From contig NC_134477.1 of the NCBI RefSeq assembly GCF_964194025.1, positions 31,806,001 through 31,870,000 on the forward strand: a stretch of DNA of 64,000 nt, in the 5' to 3' direction. The notes under the pieces are model-generated. The model worked only from the letters and a program-made list of their open reading frames with translations, did no database searches and was not told where the DNA came from. Positions 1 to 12,000 of this stretch are shown piece after piece. How positions within the stretch are numbered: position 1 is the first letter of the stretch; each line of letters begins with the position of its first letter. The stretch comes from Convolutriloba macropyga (taxonomy: Eukaryota). The translations under genes and the position numbers were made by a program.

Positions 1-436
1 TTTGTTCTGGATTGTGTTTGTTTCAAATTATCTCATAGCTTTATTGAAAAAAATTGCTCATTCCAGCATAACGCTGCTGTATGAAATGATTTTCGGTTCG
101 TGAATTAAGCATTTTCCAAGCCAAAATTATTTTGACAAAACAAAGGAAGACAATTAATTTTGAGTAAGAATTAAGGAACAGCAGACCATTATGTTGATTG
201 TAAGCTCTAAATGTTCTGTTTGTTTACGTACGCTACCGTATCAAATGATTTCTGGTGCTATGGGGGGCAACTTGAAGTTATTGACTTTTTGTTTGTGGTG
301 TGGGTGTTTTAACTGTAGTTACTGTGATTGTTATTTGCTGTTTCACCAACTCACGTTCATGTCAATTGTCCCTCAGCAGTTTGGTTAGATTTGAAACTGG
401 TTGATTATATGTTGTTGTAAGTTCTGTAAAATTTCC

Positions 437-603
437 ATGTTGACACATTTTCACTGTACTTGTTGGTCATATATCGCCAACGTATGTTGCATGCCAGAAA
501 CTTAGAATGAAAGTTGTGGACACCCGGCATGATGTCACAGCTGCTTTTGCTGTCGATGCTTACGCTAGAACAGTTCAAGGCATCGAATTGGTTGCTGTTG
601 CAG
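437..603 (+). pseudogene. Decayed partial copy of the ILVBL coding sequence
   Basis: Aligns by eye to 23843-24010 with about 24 mismatches and one 1-bp deletion over 168 nt (~85%), e.g. gacacccggcatgatgtcacagctgcttttgctgtcgatgcttacgctagaa vs gacacccggcatgaggtcacagctgcttttgctgccgatgcttacgctagaa. Confidence 0.9.
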
Positions 604-929
604 AAGCTTTTTTCTGCGAGCAAAAATAACAAATCTAGCAAATACCTTACTTGGTAACAAATCACATTATTAAGTAGATTATTTGGTAAGAACTTTGGCT
701 TTCAATTATTGCACACCAATCTTTGGATCCGAGCCAGTCGCTCAACTTATTCTTTATAATAACTTTTTTTTCTTCGGCAGTACCACTTTTTAATTCAAAT
801 TTTTTTCTACTAATTTTAATAAGTACCCAGCTCAATTCATTTATAATTTGAAGTACTGCACATGAGCGGCTATTATAGTGCCAAAAAATAATAAACGCAA
901 TTACAAAGTCATCACCGAATAATATAGAG

Positions 930-2265
930 CGTTTTGCGTATATCCAAAATAAATCTAATTTAGCTTGAAAACTGCGTTTTATTTGAATTTTGATTTCAAA
1001 CTATCATGACGATAAAGAGGATACGAGAACAGTTGTCGGCATTTGACCAGAAAGAATGCATCATTTCAGTCTTAAACTGGGTCGTACATATTCTTTTGCA
1101 TAATAAAGAAGTTTTGAAGTTCAAAAGTATTGGTTTTTCAGATAAAAATGCAAATATTTTGAGTTGAACACCACATAAGGGAAAAAGTAGAATAGATATT
1201 TGAACTCAAGAGTACTAAAAACGGAAACGTCTCGAGTTGGAAACTGAAAAGGAGGAAAAGAAAAAAAACTATAATTAGTTCAATACTTTTGCAAAGATTT
1301 TTACGGTGTGTGATATCTGGCTGGTGGAGAGTTCTGCCACCAAAGAACAAATCAAAAAATTTTACCATCAAGTGAATATAATGACACACACCGACGCTGG
1401 TGGAGATATAAATTATTCAAAATAGTCAATTTGCATGCCACATTTAAGTCTACGATGCAGCACAAGAATCCTACAATATTTTTGGATTATAACATGCAGA
1501 GAAAATACTTAATTATAAAAACTTGCCCCAATTTTTTTTAAATAAAAAGGAAATGTTTTCTATATACTAGGAAAATCATTTGAAAAGAGTTCAATTAATA
1601 TAATATCGGAATACTGAATAAACAATACAATCTGCTTTTAATAAGTAGAAGGCACTGTGAGTGTAACACGTTTATACAAAAGAGCACCATAATTCATGGG
1701 TTTCAAGGTCAGTTTCAATACATCGCTTAAATCCTATTTAATTGCCTGATTTACGACTGACACAATTTTGATAGGTGTCAGAAAATAAAATTAGACATTG
1801 CATAAAGCAAACTCCGGGCAGCAAGCAATATCAAAGGAAATGAAATACCCTTCTAAACTTGATGAGTTTATCACGGTGATGGACTTGGAATTTGGTATTA
1901 ACCAAAGAAGGGACTTTATTACATCATTCAACACCAATCCTTCATTCGAGGTAACCACTCTGTCAATTTTTAACTTATTTTGGCAGTTTTATCTTTTGTA
2001 TAATTTACTGTTAATTTCGACTTGTTCTTCGTTGTCTTACAAAGTACCACGCTCAATTATCTACACATATTGTTTTTTGTGTTGTGTTGTAGTTTGTTCA
2101 CCTAGGTTGTTTGCACGCTCAGACGTACGCACTATAATTTTTTAAAAAAATTTACTAGGTAATGGTACGGGTTCTGCAACTGAGGTTTGCATAAAATACC
2201 GGGTTGGGGCGCAAACGGAAAAAGTCTGCTCTGGTTTAATAATTTATGTTAAATTAATCATCGCT
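930..2265 (+). repeat. Old diverged repeat, copy 1 (contains J-domain relic)
   Basis: Blocks 1040-1300, 1310-1620 and 2010-2265 align colinearly to 2700-2960, 3935-4220 and 4220-4485. Confidence 0.8.
1219..1486 (+). pseudogene. Decayed DnaJ/J-domain ORF, copy 1
   Basis: Frame from 1219 reads KRKRLELETEKEEKKKNYN*FNTFAKIFTVCDIWLVESSATKEQIKKFYHQVNIMTHTDAGGD, then after frameshifts ...VYDAAQESYNIFG. This matches the J-domain pattern, with HPD mutated to HTD. Confidence 0.7.
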
Positions 2266-3060
2266 CTTTTGATTATACTTTTACCTTTTAAGAAATTATA
2301 TTCTCGCCTCTAGTTTGGGTTTAAGTGAGTCTCCCGACTTCTTCACAGCCGTTATCGCTCTCAAGTACGTCAAGAACAAAATAAACGATGTTTGCGCGCT
2401 TCAAATTTAATAAGCAAGGTGTGTCTGAAGTCTGGAGATGGAAACTTTGTCAAAATAATGAGTACGACTGCGGCAGAAGAAATTTCAGGCTGTCCTTACA
2501 ATCTTTTTAATTAGATAATATTCAGAAATCTGCAATATGCCGGGGTTTAATACTGAATATTAAAATAGAGTACCTGCTTATAGCAGTAGTTTTCCATATT
2601 AAAACTACATTGATTTTTTCTCTGAATTTTATCAAATAAAATCAAAGAACCAATTTTTGCTTGAAAATTGCCTTTTAAATTGAATATAAGACGGTAAAAA
2701 GGACAGAAAAACAGCATCCTTTAAGTTTTAAACTTTGTCGTGCATGTTTTTTGCCTAACAAAATAGCTTTGAATTTCAAAAATATTGGTTTTTCAGAAAA
2801 TAATGCTATTATTGTGAATTGAAGACCACATAGAAAGAAAATTAAAACAATTTTTTTGAAATCAAAATTACTAGAAAAAACGAAAGTTCTCGAGTACGGT
2901 ACTAAAGAGGAGAAAAAGAAAAAGAAATATTATTAGTTCAAGACTATTGCAAACATTAGCAACGTATCGAATTCGGAGCCAATGAAAAAAATTGGAGAGG
3001 ATAAAAAATTTAATGAATTCAAAACAATAAGAATAATTATAAACGTGGCGATTTTGATTT

Positions 3061-3062
<2 letters not shown>

Positions 3063-3106
<44 letters not shown>
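3063..3106. repeat. (TA)n microsatellite
   Basis: About 22 perfect TA units next to an assembly gap. Confidence 0.95.
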
Positions 3107-3109
<3 letters not shown>

Positions 3110-3125
3110 GTGGCGACTTATATTT

Positions 3126-3277
3126 NNNNNNNNNNNNNNNNNNNNNNNNNNNNNNNNNNNNNNNNNNNNNNNNNNNNNNNNNNNNNNNNNNNNNNNNNNN
3201 NNNNNNNNNNNNNNNNNNNNNNNNNNNNNNNNNNNNNNNNNNNNNNNNNNNNNNNNNNNNNNNNNNNNNNNNNNNNN
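3126..3277. other. Assembly gap (others at 9072-9220, 15320-15624, 36320-36612)
   Basis: Runs of N. Confidence 0.99.
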
Positions 3278-3935
3278 CTAATTTTTAACAGAAGATTCTA
3301 TTATAGTCCAGAGTTGTGTAAATTTCTATCTTAGACTTCTCCGGCAGTGTACCGATTTCAATAATGTCTATCTCGTTTTCGAAAGGGGTCCACCGGAGAA
3401 CTGTTGGCAACTACAATTATCTGCTTAGGAGCGTTTCATGCTGATACGGAGTTGCAGAGCCAGTGCATTCTGTTAGAATAGTTGAATATTACAAACTTCT
3501 TCACTTCAAATAGACTTAATCGAGCTTCAACAAATGTAGACGGACCATTGCGATACGGCTAAAAACGGACAAAAGAGGCAATGACCAATTTGAGCGCTTA
3601 ATGTACGAAGCTCACAGACAACCAAATGGCGCGGCAGTTCGAAACCCCAGAGTAGAAATTGATTGAAACCTTGAAAAGAAGGTTGCCTATTTTAAGATTA
3701 ATTCAGCTTAAAAGAAAAAAGTGGCCGAAAAACTAAAAAAAAAACTTGAAAAATTGCGGTCAAAGTTTCCACAGCTGGAAAATGGCAACCGGTAGTTGGC
3801 AATTGAGTGCCGGAGGAAGAACACTGTCTATGATAGAAAACAAACTTCTTTTAGTAACTGAGGAATTCAAAGCTAAGACCACTGGGAAACGTCTTTTTGA
3901 ACAACACTGTACTCACTTGTTCTGCTACGTTTTGC

Positions 3936-4112
3936 GATATTTTGATGGTGAAGAGTTCTGCCACTAAAACACAAATTAAAAAACATTGCCACAATGTGAA
4001 ACTATTGACATAACCCGATGCTGGTGGAGATGAAAAATTATTCAAAATCATGATCTTCGCATGCCAGATTTTGGTCTACGATGCAGCACAAGAAGTTTAC
4101 AATATTTTTTGG
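3936..4112 (+). pseudogene. Decayed DnaJ/J-domain ORF, copy 2
   Basis: A single frame reads DILMVKSSATKTQIKKHCHNVKLLT*PDAGGDEKLFKIMIFACQILVYDAAQEVYNIF. The stop at 4011-4013 occupies the His position of HPD. Confidence 0.75.
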
Positions 4113-5040
4113 AGAAATTATTGAATGATAATCAGGCGCCTCAATTTTTTTTAATATAAGAAGTAAATAATTTCAATAAACTAGGAGATTCATTTGACAC
4201 AAGTTCGATGAATATAACCTGCTGTTCATTTCAATTTCTTCTTGATTTTTTACGATTTACCACGCTCAATTAACCACATACATCGCTTGGTCGGATTTTT
4301 TTTCAACTTTTTGCCCAGATTAAATGGTGCAAATTGTTTGCAAACCCAAACACATCCGCAATACTTTTACACAAATATTTACAAGGTAATAGCACGTGGT
4401 ATGTAACAGGGGTTGCATAACGTAGAGGGGGAGGCACAAACGGAAAAATTCTGCCCTGATCTAATTACTCATGTTTATTTAATCTTTGACATTAGTAATC
4501 TTTAATTTAACAAAACTTTAATATATGATTAAATTTTTATTTTTGGTGTTGCATAGAACTCTTTCCAAAACACCATGAACTAGACTTCCTTGATATGGCA
4601 GTCTACGTTGATGAACAAAGAAATGTCTACTCTAAATAGTAATAGAGTCCAACAGACGCTGGAGCATTTATAAACTTCCGTAGCTGCGCTCCCCTCCAGC
4701 ATATAAGAAGAACTGTAGTCTTTTTTCGATCTACAATCAACTGTTGTTATTTTAACGAGGCCCTCAAAACCAATAAATGTATATGGCAAAGAAATCAATA
4801 TCCGGAAAAATGGTCATAAAGCATTGTTAATCAGACAACTGGAGAAATTTTAGGATAATCTGAGAACACTGCAAAAACAACAGAGTAATGCAATTCAAAT
4901 GTTAAGCTAACGCAGCAGGACATACCAACACTTTTCGTACAGTATAGAGGCCAATTAAGCATTAGACTTAGGAAAAAGCAGCAAACTATAGCGCATCTTA
5001 CAGTGATCTGCCCAACGCGGATACTGTAGTAACCCCAACG

Positions 5041-5654
5041 AACAGGACGTATGACAAGCCTGTAAACTGCAAAATGTAGATTAATATTCAAAAATTTTAC
5101 ATTTTTTATTAGCTACAGAAACAGACTGTAATCAATAGTGAAGCGGATTTTATCAGAACAAAAGAAAACGTATCATTAATAATGATGGGAATCATTACAG
5201 GTTTCGAGCTTGTCGGGTTGCGTCTATGAATGTTTGTTCTTATCGATATTCGTCCAGCAGATAAACCTGGTATCTATTAGCTTAAAGAACAGGACACATG
5301 CGGGTAAGAATAACCAAGAGATAATTTCAAATCGAATAGAGAAAGTGGTTAAAAAACCCAAGATAAAATAACCACTGATATGACTACAACCAACGATCAT
5401 AACATAAACCTCAACTCATAAATACCAGCTGCTTTTTTCAGTGGCAATATAACTCTTTCAAAATTGCTTGTGTTACATAAATTTATTCTTTAAAACTTAT
5501 TCAGATTCAACTCTGTAACATTTGCTCCATATTTCTTGTTTGTAATTTAAATAAAGGCTGTGACTTTGAAAATTTTCTTCGGTTTACACCCGAGAAGTAA
5601 AATTATAAGAAAGCCCCCAATCAAAACGGCATCACCATAAAGTGCACGGATATT
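5041..5654. repeat. Diverged direct repeat, copy 1 (partner 8163-8867)
   Basis: Shared blocks such as gggtaagaat.acca.gaga, agaaagtggt.aaaaaacc.aagat, tttattctttaaaactta and tgcacggatatt. Confidence 0.85.
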
Positions 5655-6499
5655 ACACTCTTGACAGAGTTTGTAATGTTTTAAAAAGTTGAAAATTTCA
5701 AAAACTTTTTCGTCAGGAAGACAAACAAGAAAAGCACTTTAATTCGAGACAAAATTACACGGGAACCAAAGTAAGTTTTGAAAAAAAAACAAGATTTGTG
5801 ATAACAATTCAAAGTTCAAATCAGCTCTTCGTTGTTCTTGCATACGTTACTAGTACCATATTTCTACGAATATCATTTTCCCATCGGAATGCCTAGTGAG
5901 AATTTACTCGTGAGGGAGGTATCTATTGCTTGTTTATGGAAAAAAGAACTGTGTGCGGAGATTGTACAGCATATCAAATGAGTAGAAATAACAAATCAAA
6001 TTTACACAGTTGTTGTTTTATTGTGGATGACTTATAGTACGCACCACACCGGCGGCTTTGTTAGTTTTTCGCAAAAGTTTGAGTTGTTGAGTACGAACGG
6101 TGAAACAAAAACAACAAAAACAGTTAAACTGCGAGACAGTTCTGCTTTAAACGAAAAATAAAACTGTTTAAATCGGTCAGACATAAAAAAAACGATATAA
6201 TAATGGAATACTAACACACCTAGTTTTTTTTCAAATAACTATAGCAAACAATAGAAAAATAAAATTTTAGAAGTTGTTCAAATTGGAGTTTAGTTAAAAA
6301 TAGCTCGAAATTTATGAAAACCTAGTTGGGACAGTCACCAATAGTACGACTGTTTATTAAAATTTTTTAATATGAAAAAATTTAGTTGATTAAATTTTTA
6401 AACAGTAAAATAAATTAATTATTATATATTTTCAAAAAAAAAGGAGAGCACAGATTTTAGTGACGATCAATTCTCTAAATATTTTAGAAAAAGTAGTCT

Positions 6500-7900
6500 T
6501 TTAAACAACAAAAAGGTTTTAAAAGGACAAAATTCAAATAATGGAACGTTAAAATTGCAACTGATTTGACTTCCAGAATGCTTTCAACGGAAGCGTTCAC
6601 CAGTTCAAACGACTTGGAGATCTCCTCGACGTACTTTGAGCTACTAGCGGAATTACAAAAATGGAATAAAAAGAAAGAGATCCCTCGCGCCAAAAGGATG
6701 AAAGGCCGCAAAAATTCGCACTTTGGCTGCAAACATCTGACATGGGGTTCTATGGCACTTTACCGCAAGCTACATGAGAGAACAATTATGAGGGAGTTAA
6801 AGTTTTTTGAGAACACTATAGCAAAAAAAACTGTTGTTTGCCGGGGGCGGCTAGCTTGCCGCATACAGCAGCCAGGAGAAAAACTGACTGAATTTCTTAG
6901 ATATATAAAGCAGTTGGTTCTGAATGCTTATCCAACGGAATCGCAACATATCAAAGATCATCTTGTTTTGAGAAGATTCCTAGAATAAATTAACTATAGT
7001 CGGCTGAAAATAGATTTTGGGAAACAAATTGACGACAAGGACATGAGGTTCCAAACAGTTTTGTAACAAGCGTTGCATCTGGATTCTGTTACCAGAATAG
7101 AAGAGGAAGAACAAACACCAAAAGTTGCAGTTATTAGGATGAAACGATAGATTTAGTGGACACCGTCAACCAGCTGGTAAATCGATTGTGATTAGATGAC
7201 AAACGGCGTAAAAAGCATCGAAATTGATCGATGAAACGAAGCAGTTCTCGGGGAATTTGCGGTATCAACAGAAGTGATAAAGGACAACAAAATGACGGAT
7301 TCAGTGATAGGTGACGTTTCCCAACGCCAGGACCTAGCCACTTAGACAAATCTTTTGGAAGAGATGAACCGTCTAGCAAAAGCGATAGGCAGGAGTTTAA
7401 GTGCAGAGCCTGTGGACAAGAAGAACACATTCTGACGAAATGTCAAAATTTTTCCTTTTGTGGTAGTTTCCAACACTTGAACTGCCCTTCAAAAAGAAAA
7501 CCACTGAGAACTGTAATGTCATTAGAGTTTGTTCTACAAATACAATTAAATGTCTAAATGAAGAAATCATATTTCATGGGACAGATGCGTTGGATTGAGA
7601 GACACTGGAAGTATTATATTGCTTTTGAGCTGGTCCACATACGAAAAACCGGCAAGGCTGGGAATGGTGCAAGCATACACAAAATGAGTGTGAAAAATAG
7701 GAAGAGTAATGCTGCTGGTACAGTTACTGCCAAGAAAATTGGAAATTGAGCAAGAATTTGTGATAACCGCAGAGGGATGTATAAAAGATCTGCTGGGAAT
7801 TGACTCCCTGAAAATCACTAAATGTGTACCGAACTTACAGGAAAAAAAGCTTTATAGCTTTCAGTTTTAAACTTCAATACCGCTTACCACAGAGAGATCG
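6500..7900 (+). mobile_element. Decayed Ty3/Gypsy gag region
   Basis: ORF 6566-6988 contains the gag-like RGRLACRIQQPGEKLTEFLRYIKQLVLNAYP..LVLRRFLE. A CCHC zinc knuckle CRACGQEEHILTKC lies at 7402-7443. Many stops and frameshifts. Confidence 0.8.
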
Positions 7901-8162
7901 CAGGGTGTTCAGGTTTTTGCAAAGGAGGGAGTGTTTAGCTTGGGAGCTGGAGAAAGCCGAGGAGGGACCTTTTCAAGATTATTTTTCAGACAAAGATTAT
8001 TATGGCCGACAAGAAAACCCAAAACCAAGAAAACCCGAAAATGATAAATACAGAAAGGAGAAAACAGAAGACTATTTGATTTCAAGTATGGGCCCATAAG
8101 AAAAAATTCTGGGTGAGTGGAACACAGATTCCTTAAGAGGGAGAAATTACAGTAACTCACAA

Positions 8163-8867
8163 GAACAGAACGTATCACATGCTTGCAGATGACACAACAC
8201 AGACACTCTTTGGAAACTTCACAATTTAAACAGGCAACAGGCAACAGAAACAGAGTTTAATCAAGAATAAACCAGATTTTAACTGTACAAAAAAGCATCT
8301 TAATTTACGATAGGAATCATTACGGATTTCGGTCTTTAGGGGTTAGGTCGATGAGTGTTTTTTAACGGTATTTCGTCTTTGGTTTATTCACCACTTTCTT
8401 TAACCGGTTTGGGATTTTCCCATGGTTATTCTTACCCAAAGGAGTCCTATTATTTAAAAAAAGGTGAAAAGTTGAAAAGTTTAACTTTTATTTTCATAAA
8501 AGGACTCGTTTGGGTAAGAATGACCATGAGAAAATCCCAAACCGATTAAAGAAAGTGGTCAAAAAACCAAAGATGAATAACCATTGATATGACCTCAACC
8601 AACGACCATAATTAAAATCTCAAATCTAAAAGATCAACTGCCTTTTTCCTAGGCAACAAAACTCTTTCATATTTGTTTCTGTAAAAACTCTTCTTAGAAG
8701 TTTATTCTTTAAAACTTAGTTAGATTCAACTCGTTAACATTCGCTCAATAATTCTAGTTTGTAATTTAATTGAAGGCTTTGACTTTGAACTTCAAATAAC
8801 AACAGAAAATTTAAGTGCTTAGAAAAACCCCCATCAAAACGGTATCAGCATAAACTGCACGGATATT
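8163..8867. repeat. Diverged direct repeat, copy 2 (partner 5041-5654)
   Basis: Colinear with 5041-5654 apart from an internal inverted duplication. Confidence 0.85.
8364..8585. repeat. Long inverted repeat (90-bp arms, 42-bp spacer)
   Basis: 8364-8453 is the reverse complement of 8496-8585, with 11 mismatches and no gaps. Confidence 0.92.
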
Positions 8868-8871
8868 TATA

Positions 8872-9035
8872 AAAATAAAAACATGTTTACCATCATTAAA
8901 TTTAGTTTTGACCAGCATCTAAAACGGCAACTGGTACTCAAAATAATATGTATTGGATGCAGTTCCACCTATGCCGGGCAAACTTGCAGACATATAACCA
9001 CGCGGATGGCGGAGCATCAAGAAAAGACTCATCGG
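8872..9035 (+). mobile_element. Penelope-like element GIY-YIG endonuclease relic
   Basis: Frame from 8916 reads HLKRQLVLKIICIGCSSTYAGQTCRHITTRMAEHQ, matching the Penelope CxxC..Y(V/I)GQT..R..EH pattern. It is preceded by KIKTCLPSL. Confidence 0.8.
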
Positions 9036-12000
9036 TGAAATGATAATTGAGTAGCTTCTGCTGTGTCGTAANNNNNNNNNNNNNNNNNNNNNNNNNNNNN
9101 NNNNNNNNNNNNNNNNNNNNNNNNNNNNNNNNNNNNNNNNNNNNNNNNNNNNNNNNNNNNNNNNNNNNNNNNNNNNNNNNNNNNNNNNNNNNNNNNNNNN
9201 NNNNNNNNNNNNNNNNNNNNGTTTCAGATGCTGAATAAAAACTTGCAATAAACGGTGTTTCATTTGAGCAACACGACATTATTATTCAACATCTGTCATG
9301 AAGTTCCCACCTCCTGGTCTTCCGATGGAGCCAACCCAAGAGCAATGGTCTTGGTGAAAGCGATGCTTTTTTTATGGTTGAACAATCAATGGAATTATGG
9401 AAGAATCTCATAAATTGACATTTCTCAGATCATGCGCAGGGTCAATACTCTTTACAATTATCGTGGGAGCAACTACTTTCACCGAATCAATCGGTATTCT
9501 GGATGCTCAGTTCAAGAAGCCTTCTAAAATTATATACGCCAGACACCAAGTCCTTTCGTGCAAGCAGCAAGATGATGCGTGCATAACAGCGTTTTTCCAT
9601 TGACTAGGGATTCTTGAGCGCTGTGAATGCAAAATACCTCACTGTTTATCAACACAAGGACATACTTCTTCACGATGATCTAGTGGATGGTCTTAAATCT
9701 GACACAATACGTCTTTGACTTTTTGGAATTGGCGGACTCGAAAACTTCACTTGAGATATGCATTTCACTCACCAATGCAATAAAAGTATCCGCCAATTTC
9801 TTCCGCTCACTCAATGCTAGCTCAGACACTCCGCCATCTACATCTAATGCATGCATCGGAAATATCGCTGCTGTCAATAAAAGAAGTGCTCAACCATGAA
9901 AGGTTCCGAATTGTAATTGTGGATTTTGTGGTCTGAAGACACATCCACGGACTAAATGCGCAGCTCAATGAAGTACGTTTCTGAAATTTGGCAAAAAAGG
10001 GCATTGGGCAGCAGCGTGTATGTCAAATTTTGCAACTGTCGCATCGGATAATGGCGAACAAATAACTTCTGTACTACGCAGTGTGAAGACAACGAACGAA
10101 GTGACAAGTTCTCCCAATAGAATCTAGGAAAAAAAGTTTGTTGGCGAGGACTGCTCTTTTCATGTTAGAGCGCTTATTGATCCTGGCTCCACTCATTTAT
10201 TTTTAGCGGCTGACGTGTGTGAGCAGTTGCAATTAAAAATCCAGCAAATGAAATCAAAATCTCGTCGCGTCGAAAAGAATTTCCCATTCATGGATTTTGT
10301 AGTGCTTTAGTGAGCATGAATAACTTTTATTATACTCTTTCTTTATCTCCGGATAGTCATTTAATTCGTAGCGCAATCATTGTACTGGGTGTACTCTCGC
10401 AACATGAAACAGTCTTACTTGAAATTTTTGGAAAAAGGACTTAGTTGGACGTTTCTAATTTGACGCAAATCTAGACCCATCGTAACGAAATCCAGAAACT
10501 CAAACAAAGAAGATTTTATGAGTATATGCAGAATGAAAATTCGGATCTGCTAAGGAAAGGAAGAGTTCATTGCTCACCATCTCCATGGCGAGCTCAGGCG
10601 TTTGTTGTAAAAGGTCAAAAATGACGAATGGTAATTGACTACTCCATGACAGTCAGTTTATCTACCAGTCTTGATTCGTATCTGTTTCCCAATATGGAAG
10701 AGCTGCTGAGCAACGCTTCTAAATATCATTTTTCTCAAATTGTAACTTAAAGAGCGCTCATCATCAGGTACCAGTGAAAGAAGAAGATAAAAAGCTCACA
10801 TGTTTTGCAGTTTGGGGAAAGATTTATCGACTGAATTATCTTCCCTTTGGAGTAACTAACGAGTTACCTGCGTATCAATGAAATATAGACAATTTTGTTG
10901 ACTGAAGCAAGCTACAAAGGACCTACTCTTACCTTGATGATGAAATAATAGGCGGAAGATCAAAAGAAGAGCATGACAAGGACTTTAAAATTTTTCTTTT
11001 TGCTGCCGATAAATAAGGAATCATCTTAAATATGGACAAAGTTCTGTTCTGTCAAAAAGAACTTTCTATGCTAGGCTTCATCGTCTCCGAAAATTCTCAG
11101 CGGTCGGAACCAGAGAGACTGCGTGCTCCGAAGGAGTATCCGGTTCCAGGCAATGCGAAAACATTACGATGTTTAATTTGATTTTTTGCGTATAAAGCAA
11201 AATGGGTACCGCAATACTCAAGCAGAATTCAGCAGCTCTTGGAAGCTCCAAAACAATGACATCGTATCAAAGACATCAAGTCGCCGGTCATTGATGCTTT
11301 TAACCTTGGCCCGCGCAGATGCTGGTAATTTGCTTCTGGAAACTGAGCCTCTGGTAAGCCATGGAATCATGATTATCCCGAAATAGCAGCCAATAGCGTG
11401 TTTTTTTGCAAAAATTATTGCAGTGTGAGCGGAATCATTCAGGTGCGGAAACATTCAGAAAGGGTTCCACTTTGTTGAGGACATTTCAGGTTACAGTGAA
11501 GATTGATCAAAAGAGCATCGCATATATATTTTTTGCAGCAAAAATGAAAAAAGAACAATAAGCTCCTCCGCTGGCGAATCGGTTTTGCTGAATATCGCTC
11601 TAGTAAAGAATACAGATCTGAATGCAAAAATAAAGGTGTTGATGCGCAGATTAAATCTTCGTTTTCTCTCTGCACGATAATTTAGCACATCCTGGAGTGA
11701 TTAGATTTTGGCACTACATCAAAGCTAAGGACTTAACGCTCACTTTTGTGGACGTTTAGCAAGTTATCGCCACATGCGACACCAATCGGCGATTAAAACC
11801 CATATTTTACAAGCCTAGCCGGCATTGTCAGAAAAGCTCTTTCAGAAAGTTTTCCGTTTACTGAGGACATTTCCGGGTACTGGGATGGCCGATCAAAAAA
11901 GAATCGCTTTTATATTCTCGCAGCAAAAATTAAAAAAGAACTAGAATTCCCTCCGATGGCGAATCGAAGTTGCTAATTATCGCTTAAGTATTGAGTGCTT

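Larger units (their letters stand above)
2455..4485 (+). repeat. Old diverged repeat, copy 2, interrupted by a ~1 kb insertion (about 2966-3926)
   Basis: Colinear with 930-2265. The 2455-2620 part also matches 17050-17220. Confidence 0.75.

Noticed and set aside
3626-3650. tRNA or SINE suggested by tggcgcggcagttcgaaaccc
   Set aside because: A B-box-like word only; no cloverleaf or properly spaced A box could be built.
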